Shown here: one piece after another, positions 57,848 to 64,000 of the stretch
Numbering within the stretch: the stretch's first letter is position 1
Layout of the letters: each line of letters begins with the position of its first letter
Assembly (NCBI GenBank): GCA_964443625.1
Contig: CAYUDM010000008.1
Span: 4,550-68,549, forward strand
DNA length: 64,000 nucleotides
Origin: an uncultured Smithella sp.
GTDB taxonomy: Bacteria > Desulfobacterota > Syntrophia > Syntrophales > Smithellaceae
Reading direction: 5' to 3'
The notes under the pieces: model-generated
What the model saw: the letters and a program-made list of their open reading frames with translations, nothing else
Told to the model about the DNA's origin: nothing
The model's database searches: none
Position numbers and translations under genes: made by a program

Positions 57848-59035
57848 TTACTTTTCCTCCTTCTTGAGATCTTCGGGCCAGAAGAAGACATAGGGGTTGG
57901 TTCTGGGCGCTTTGACCATCTGCGGCACCGCGGGCAGGCCGACCGCTTTCAAAAAGACCCGCATCCCCAGGCGCTGAATCAGCTCACCCAGACGTTCACG
58001 CGATTTTCCGAACTCATCCCACCAATCCTGAATGCGTTCGATCAGATCTTTCAATTCATCATAAGGCGGTTCGAGTTTCATAAACGGCACAACCACCCAG
58101 GACAGAAGCGCCCCTTTCACAATCGGCGCTTTGCCGCCCACGAGAATGGACGCGCCGGTTTCTTTCCCCGGCCGCAGGGCTTTGGGCATGACGTTGATGC
58201 AGTGCATGCAGCGTGTGCAGTCTTCGTCGTAGATTTTGAGTTCTTTGCCGTTCCATTCCATGCAGCGTGTCGGGCACAGATCACAGACTTCCTTTTGGAT
58301 GTTGATGTTTTCCGCGTAGGCTAGCACTTCATCGGCATTGATCCGGATGGCGTCTTTCCAGGTGCCGATAATCGACAAATCGGATCGGGCAATCGATGCG
58401 ACACAATCATTGGCGCAGGCGGAAATCTTGATTTTGAATTTGTAGGGGAACATCGGGCGATGCATCTGATCCTGATAGGTCATGGTGAGATTGTAGCAAA
58501 GATCGAGGCTGTCGACACAGGCCCACTCGCAGCGCGCAGGGCCGACGCAGGCACTCGGCGTGCGCAGCGCCGAACCGGAACCGCCCAGATCGAAGCCGGC
58601 GTCCGACAGATCGTTGAAACAGGGCTGGAGATGCTCCGTGGTGGTTCCCAACAAAATGGCATCCCCTGTCGACCCGTGCATATTGGTGAGCCCGCTTCCA
58701 TGTTTGTCCCATATCTCGCACAGCTTGCGCAACGCGTCTGTTTTGTAAAACCATCCCGCGGGATGATTAACCCGCATGGTATGGAACGCCTGGACATTCG
58801 GGAATAGATCGGGGCGATCAGAATAGCGGCCGATGACGCCGGAACCGTAGCCCTTGACGCCGACTATGCCTCCATGTTTCCAGTGGCCGATTTTATCCTT
58901 GTAGGATAGTTCCAGCTGATGCAAAAGATCTTTGGCCATCGGATTCTTTCGGGCAGCCTCTTTCATGTCTTTGACGAAGCTCGGCCATTGGCCTTTTTCC
59001 AGTTCGTCTAATAAGGGAGTATCGAATTGCCCCAT
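57848..59035 (-). CDS. dsrA: dissimilatory sulfite reductase alpha subunit
   Basis: [59 protein letters not shown]. Confidence 0.98.
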   Translation of the reverse strand: MGQFDTPLLDELEKGQWPSFVKDMKEAARKNPMAKDLLHQLELSYKDKIGHWKHGGIVGVKGYGSGVIGRYSDRPDLFPNVQAFHTMRVNHPAGWFYKTDALRKLCEIWDKHGSGLTNMHGSTGDAILLGTTTEHLQPCFNDLSDAGFDLGGSGSALRTPSACVGPARCEWACVDSLDLCYNLTMTYQDQMHRPMFPYKFKIKISACANDCVASIARSDLSIIGTWKDAIRINADEVLAYAENINIQKEVCDLCPTRCMEWNGKELKIYDEDCTRCMHCINVMPKALRPGKETGASILVGGKAPIVKGALLSWVVVPFMKLEPPYDELKDLIERIQDWWDEFGKSRERLGELIQRLGMRVFLKAVGLPAVPQMVKAPRTNPYVFFWPEDLKKEEK

Positions 59036-59113
59036 CTTTTCCTCCTTGTTCGTTAACTATTTTTGTTTCTCAGGAGTATGTCTCCCAAAAACTGAATACC
59101 ATTCGTTAAGTGA

Positions 59114-59156
59114 ATGCTACTCTTTTCGTAATATGATGTCAATAGATTTTATCTAT
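59114..59156 (-). promoter_or_regulatory. sigma70 promoter of dsrA with an abutting palindrome
   Basis: TTGACA (59142-59137)-N17-TAGCAT (59119-59114); ATAGAT-TTT-ATCTAT at 59142-59156. Confidence 0.7.
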
Positions 59157-59357
59157 AATATATTCATATACATAAGTGCTCTGAATGGGTTTCACATAGT
59201 GATTCGTATTTCAATGTCAAATTTCAGATGATCCGGAGAGCTTACTTTTCAAAGCAATGAATACGGTACGGCAAAAAAATTATTTCTGGCAATGAAAAAC
59301 GGATTCATTATAGAAACATCCCATGGCCCCGCGCGGTCATGGGAAGGATATTTCGAT

Positions 59358-60644
59358 ATGTCTGACGTGCAATCCGCCGATTGCAAGCCCTGCGCTCTGC
59401 TGTGGGATGAATCTTATTTGTGGGGACTGATGGCCTGGAAGGCCCTGCGGCAGTCGGATCTACCCTTTGATCTTGTCCGTTCCGAAGAGATCCGGGCGGG
59501 CGCGCTATCATCTTACGCAATGATTTTTGTTCCCGGTGGATGGGCCGCCGCCAAAGTGTCCGCGTTGGGAAAAGCAGGGCTTACCGAAATTCGACGCTTT
59601 GTTCAAGACGGCGGAAGCTATCTGGGCATTTGCGGCGGCGCGGGACTGGCCACAGACTCTCATCTTGGGCTTCTACCGGTTTACCGCACACCCAACCTCG
59701 ATCGGGTTCCCAGCTTCAGCGGCCCGATCCGTCTTACGCTTTCCGATAATCCGTTCTGGAACACTGTCCCGAAACCTGGCTTTCATGCGTGGTGGCCCCC
59801 GCAGTTGGATGCAACGATCGAAAAAGATTTTCGCATTCTGGCCCGTTATGATGAAGCCCTGCCTCAGGCCATGAGTGCGGATATCCTCGTGGCGGACGGA
59901 CGTAAAACGGGCTGGGCCAAGCTGGAAAAAGCCTACGGAATTTTACTCGATCCCGACCGGCTCAAAGGCGAACCGGCGGTTGTGGAAGGGCTCTACGGCC
60001 GTGGAAAAGTTGTTTTGTCGCTTTTGCATTTCGACACACCAAATGACCCCAATAGTGCGCGCGTGTTGAAAAATCTGTGGCGCTATCTGATCGATGAAGC
60101 GCATTGCACCCTACGCATCAATCCGCCGTCTTCGGCGGATGTTCCTTGCGGAACTAATATTTTTCCGTTTGCAGATATACTTGATGACATCGCCAGGACA
60201 GTGTCTCACTTGATCGCCGAGGGCGAACGGCGTCATTTCTGGCGTCGTCGCAACGAACTGCTGCTGCAATGGCGTCGCGGCATAAGGGGCATGGAATATT
60301 CAACACTTTGCGCCATGACCCAAGACATCGCACAACGACTTTCCGTCCATAACGAATCATTCAAATCGCCTGCCTGGCCGGATCAGGCGCATCTGAAACA
60401 GAGTCTGGAACAGATAGGAAAACGATTGCATGAGTTTGCCGACGAATCAATACCGCTTCTGCGCCTAGAGCATGCCTTTGTAACCGACGCAGATGCGACG
60501 CGAGAGCCTTGCCGGGACGAAAAGATCAATCGTCTGCGCGAAGTATTATTCGGCGCATCAAGACAGTTCGGCGGAAAATTCAAAATCTTAATCGACGCCC
60601 TTGACTACCTGCTGTACCGACTGCTGAAATCGGATTCGCTGTAA
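59358..60644 (+). CDS. BPL-N / class I glutamine amidotransferase-like domain protein
   Basis: IFVPGG...FVQDGGSYLGICGGA nucleophile-elbow motif, LSLLHFD; start uncertain (59292 or 59358). Confidence 0.7.
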   Translation: MSDVQSADCKPCALLWDESYLWGLMAWKALRQSDLPFDLVRSEEIRAGALSSYAMIFVPGGWAAAKVSALGKAGLTEIRRFVQDGGSYLGICGGAGLATDSHLGLLPVYRTPNLDRVPSFSGPIRLTLSDNPFWNTVPKPGFHAWWPPQLDATIEKDFRILARYDEALPQAMSADILVADGRKTGWAKLEKAYGILLDPDRLKGEPAVVEGLYGRGKVVLSLLHFDTPNDPNSARVLKNLWRYLIDEAHCTLRINPPSSADVPCGTNIFPFADILDDIARTVSHLIAEGERRHFWRRRNELLLQWRRGIRGMEYSTLCAMTQDIAQRLSVHNESFKSPAWPDQAHLKQSLEQIGKRLHEFADESIPLLRLEHAFVTDADATREPCRDEKINRLREVLFGASRQFGGKFKILIDALDYLLYRLLKSDSL

Positions 60645-61059
60645 GAAATCTAATCCGGGCAACAGCCTTTTTGCAGCACGAGTCTCTAAGACGCTGCTTC
60701 TAAAAAAATACAGTGCATATCCCTCCGAAATGCGAACAGCGCTCCGGCACGAAAAAAGACATCGTTTTTGGATCCCGTAATCTATAAAAAATCACATGTA
60801 ATATAATATCCGTTGCTTACGCATCCATGACCCTTCTGAATCCAGGCAACGACATTATAAAATGAATACTATTATAATTTATAATATATATTTTTATATG
60901 AGACATATTTTGCTTGCGTCACGGCCCGCCTTGATTTATAGGGGTATCTCCAAGTAGCGATAAAACGTAGTAATTACAGAAAAACATCGCCTCGGGAAAA
61001 AGACATATTGACGAAAAACGAGAATTTTCAGCCCATTTGAAAGGTAAAAAAAGGCATCC

Positions 61060-61476
61060 ATGAGCTATTTCATATCTGAGTTGTGCAATGGTTGCGGAGT
61101 CTGCTCAAAGATCTGTCCGGTCGCAGCAATTTCCGGTGAAAAGAAGCAACGCCATCTGATCAGCGAAACGCTGTGCATTGAGTGCGGCGCCTGCGGAAGG
61201 GTTTGTTCAACATCGGCGGTTCTGGATGACAGGGGCCATACGGTTCAGAAATTAAAGAAATCGGAATGGCCACGGCCGCTTATCAACAAAGAGAGATGCA
61301 CGGCGTGCGAAAACTGTGTGGCGGTCTGTCCGACCTCCGCGCTGGCGATGGCGGACGAGGCACTGCCGCTTGCGGAAAACTACGCGGTTTTAGCGCTGCC
61401 GAACAAATGCGTCTCTTGTGGCTGGTGCAAAGACAACTGTCTGTTCGACGCGATTATTCTGGGGAGCGCATTATGA
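61060..61476 (+). CDS. polyferredoxin (4x CxxCxxCxxxC)
   Basis: CNGCGVCSKICP, CIECGACGRVC, CTACENCVAVCP, CVSCGWCKDNC. Confidence 0.93.
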   Translation: MSYFISELCNGCGVCSKICPVAAISGEKKQRHLISETLCIECGACGRVCSTSAVLDDRGHTVQKLKKSEWPRPLINKERCTACENCVAVCPTSALAMADEALPLAENYAVLALPNKCVSCGWCKDNCLFDAIILGSAL

Positions 61477-63347
61477 AAGAGATTCTCGGGACGAGCAATA
61501 AATTTCTGGATATCGATCTCACCAATCAAACCTGGAAGGTCCATCAGGCGTCAAAAGAGGATCTGAAAAATTATCTGGGCGGTAAAGGTCTGGGCCTTAA
61601 AATATTCTATGACCGGTTAAAAGACAAGCTGGCGGAGGTCGATCCGCTGGGCCCGGAGAATCTGCTGATCTTCGCCAACGGCGTGCTGCTCACCACCGGA
61701 GCCCCTTGTTCTGCGCGCTTTGAAGTCATCACCAAATCGCCTTTGACCGGCTATATGGTGGCCTCGTCATGCGGCGGACCTTTCGGCGAAGCCTGCAAAA
61801 CCGCGGGCTGGGACGGTGTGATTCTTTCAGGCCGCGCCGAAAAACCGGTGGTGATACGCTTTGACGACAAGGAAGTCTTCTTTGAGGATGCAGGCGATCT
61901 GTGGGGGGCGGGAACCCATCAAACACAGGACCGTTTACACATGACGCCAAAGGAAGGGGCGGCGGTGATCGGCCCGGCGGGAGAAAATAAAGTCCTGTAT
62001 GCCAATATTTGTTCCGGACACCGCTTTGTCGGCCGCGGCGGCATCGGCGCTGTGATGGGCGCTAAAAATCTCAAAGCCATCGTGGCCCGGGGCAAGGCAT
62101 ACAAATGCGTGCCGGTCAATCGCGAGAAATTCGACAAGACGGTAAGAAAAGCCCAAAAGCACATCCTGCGGAGCCCTTTCACGAAAGGCTATAAGGCATA
62201 CGGAACCAACATGAACACGCGCTACGGCATCGCAAGCGGATTCTCGCCGGTGCGGAATTTCCGCGACCGCTTCAGCCCCAAAACCGAAGCCATCACGGGA
62301 GAAGCCATGGCGGCGAAATACAAAACGAGGCACTCTACCTGCCGCTATTGCTCGATTTTATGCGGTCATAAGGGAATGTATCCGGACGGGCAGATGCGCC
62401 AGATTCCCGAGTACGAGACCATGGGACTCTTCGGCAGCAATATCGAAAATTACGACACGGATAAAATCGCCGTCTGGAACGACATCATGAACGAGATGGG
62501 CATGGATACGATCTCGGCGGGAGGAACGATCGCCTGGGCTATGGAAGCCGGAGAGAAAGGTCTGCGCAAGACGGACCTGTCTTTTGCCAATCACGACAAC
62601 ATCGGCCGCATTCTGGAAGACATCGCCTACCGGCGCCGTGAAGGCGCGGAACTGGCGGACGGGTCGAAGCGTTTGAGTGAAAAATACGGCGGCAAAGAAT
62701 TTGCCATCCACACCAAAGGCCTGGAAATTGCCGCCTATGATCCAAGAGCGTGCTGGGGGCACGGACTATCCTATGCCGTCCACAACAAAGGCGGCTGCCA
62801 TCTGGGCTCCTATCTGGTGTCGCTGGAGGTGCTCATGGGGTATATGCCGCCTATGACCACACTGGGCAAGGCCTCCTGGGTGGTCTTTTGCGAAGACATC
62901 TTCGCCGGCATCAACTCACTCCAGACCTGCCTGTTTACCGCATTGTCCATCATGACGGAGCCTTTGGTTCCCAAGTATCTGCCCAAAGCCGCATTGAATG
63001 TGGCGACGATTTTGAGTCCCAAAATGTCTCAGATGTTGATGAACTGGAGTGTTTACTCCGACTTCTTTTCCGCGATTACAGGCATTCCCATGAACCAGTG
63101 GCAGTTCAAGAGGGCGGGCGAACGCATCAACAAGCTGGAACGTTATATGAATGTAAAAATGGGGCAGAAGCCCGCTGAAGACACACTTCCGGAGAGATTC
63201 ACAAAAGAGGCGATCACAAAATATCCGGTGGCGTCCGCCGTGCCGATAGGCCCCATGGTCAAGACATACTATCGGATCAGAAAATATAACCCGTTAACCG
63301 CCGGACCGTCTGCGGAAAATCTAAAAAAGCTGGGGGTGGAAATCTGA
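61473..63347 (+). CDS. aldehyde:ferredoxin oxidoreductase family protein
   Basis: YLGGKGLG, DPLGPEN, KSPLTG, GRGGIGAVMGAKNLKAI, CRYCSILC, PEYET, GMDTIS, GGCH; ATGA overlap with the ferredoxin. Confidence 0.95.
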   Translation: MKEILGTSNKFLDIDLTNQTWKVHQASKEDLKNYLGGKGLGLKIFYDRLKDKLAEVDPLGPENLLIFANGVLLTTGAPCSARFEVITKSPLTGYMVASSCGGPFGEACKTAGWDGVILSGRAEKPVVIRFDDKEVFFEDAGDLWGAGTHQTQDRLHMTPKEGAAVIGPAGENKVLYANICSGHRFVGRGGIGAVMGAKNLKAIVARGKAYKCVPVNREKFDKTVRKAQKHILRSPFTKGYKAYGTNMNTRYGIASGFSPVRNFRDRFSPKTEAITGEAMAAKYKTRHSTCRYCSILCGHKGMYPDGQMRQIPEYETMGLFGSNIENYDTDKIAVWNDIMNEMGMDTISAGGTIAWAMEAGEKGLRKTDLSFANHDNIGRILEDIAYRRREGAELADGSKRLSEKYGGKEFAIHTKGLEIAAYDPRACWGHGLSYAVHNKGGCHLGSYLVSLEVLMGYMPPMTTLGKASWVVFCEDIFAGINSLQTCLFTALSIMTEPLVPKYLPKAALNVATILSPKMSQMLMNWSVYSDFFSAITGIPMNQWQFKRAGERINKLERYMNVKMGQKPAEDTLPERFTKEAITKYPVASAVPIGPMVKTYYRIRKYNPLTAGPSAENLKKLGVEI

Positions 63348-63373
63348 TCGGACGGCCCGCCGGTGGTTTGAAA

Positions 63374-63411
63374 TGACGAAACCCCGGATATTTTTTTGCC
63401 GGGCTTCGTCG
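63374..63411. terminator. imperfect hairpin between convergent genes
   Basis: gacgaaaccccgg ... ccgggcttcgtc. Confidence 0.5.
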
Positions 63412-63425
63412 TGATTGTTTTCTTT

Positions 63426-64000
63426 TTACACTGTCGCATCCGCCTCACGCTTTCGCCAGCGGGCCTTTACTCGTTCCGTCCAGGCAATGATGATCATATA
63501 GAGAATCGGAATGACAATGACGGCCAACGCGGTAGAGGCAAACAGCCCTCCCATGACGGCACGCGCCATGGGCGCCCAGGTTTCTCCGCCTTCGCCCAGG
63601 CCCAAAGCCAGCGGAAACATCGCCAGCACTGTGGTCAGGCCGGTCATCAGCACCGGGCGCAGGCGCAGTTTCGCGGCTTTCACAACAGCTTCTTCCAAGG
63701 CCATTCCATCGGCCCGCAATTGATTCATGAAATCGACCATAATAATGCCGTTATTGACGACAATGCCGGTGAGCATCACCATTCCGATAAGCGCCGTCAC
63801 GCTGATAATCGTGCCGGTAAGAAAAAGCGATCCGGCAACGCCGATGACCGAAAGCGGAACGGCCGTCATAATCACAAACGGATGCACAAGGGATTCAAAA
63901 ACCGCCGCCATCACCATGTAAACCACCGCAAAAGCGATCAGAATCGCTATGCCGAGGTACAGGAAGGATTCCTGCATGTCTTCAGCCGCGCCGCCCACTT
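63426..64000 (-). CDS. RND efflux permease (AcrB/AcrD/AcrF family), C-terminal part; runs off the window end
   Basis: FES..HP..I...VPLS..G, GIVVNNGI, RLRPVLMT.LTT...M.PLALG.GEG.E.WAPMA. Confidence 0.92.
   Translation of the reverse strand, partial: VGGAAEDMQESFLYLGIAILIAFAVVYMVMAAVFESLVHPFVIMTAVPLSVIGVAGSLFLTGTIISVTALIGMVMLTGIVVNNGIIMVDFMNQLRADGMALEEAVVKAAKLRLRPVLMTGLTTVLAMFPLALGLGEGGETWAPMARAVMGGLFASTALAVIVIPILYMIIIAWTERVKARWRKREADATV

Noticed and set aside
60645-61059. Moco/Wco riboswitch or small gene upstream of ferredoxin-AOR
   Set aside because: AT-rich spacer with no recognisable conserved motif and no convincing ORF.
1-64000. CRISPR array, tRNA/rRNA, IS transposase or integrase
   Set aside because: No spaced direct repeats of about 25-40 nt, tRNA-like T-loop cloverleafs or DDE/HUH/tyrosine recombinase motifs were recognised; the repeats found are 7-mers or palindromes.

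Overview
A 64 kb, densely coding window from an anaerobic bacterium. The housekeeping and accessory genes (acyl-CoA ligase, enoyl-CoA hydratase, CoA transferase, multi-PAS kinases, exosortase-PrsK-PrsR, two aldehyde:ferredoxin oxidoreductases) suggest a Desulfobacterota/Syntrophales-like host; this is inference, not a phylogeny. The centrepiece is a ~23 kb co-directional minus-strand cluster (59035 to 36038): dsrA-dsrB-dsrD-dsrN-dsrC-dsrM2-dsrK2-dsrM-dsrK-dsrJ-dsrO-dsrP, then a CoADR/Npsr-rhodanese flavoprotein, ackA, xsc (sulfoacetaldehyde acetyltransferase), an SDR, a HACL2/benzaldehyde-lyase-like ThDP enzyme, an MFS transporter, a Zn-dehydrogenase, a small hypothetical and TetR. It looks like a self-contained organosulfonate desulfonation and sulfite respiration module with a short, non-deltaproteobacterial-looking DsrABD and an apparently undescribed route to sulfoacetaldehyde. 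Also notable: an orphan Na+-decarboxylase beta subunit carrying a biotin-less biotinyl-fold insert and a Glu at the conserved GADG Asp, with an unannotated 45-aa gamma-like subunit upstream; a MoxR/VWA/atypical acyl-CoA dehydrogenase operon; scpA-meaB-mce; and several palindromic and heptamer repeat elements. No rRNA, tRNA, CRISPR array or transposase was recognised.
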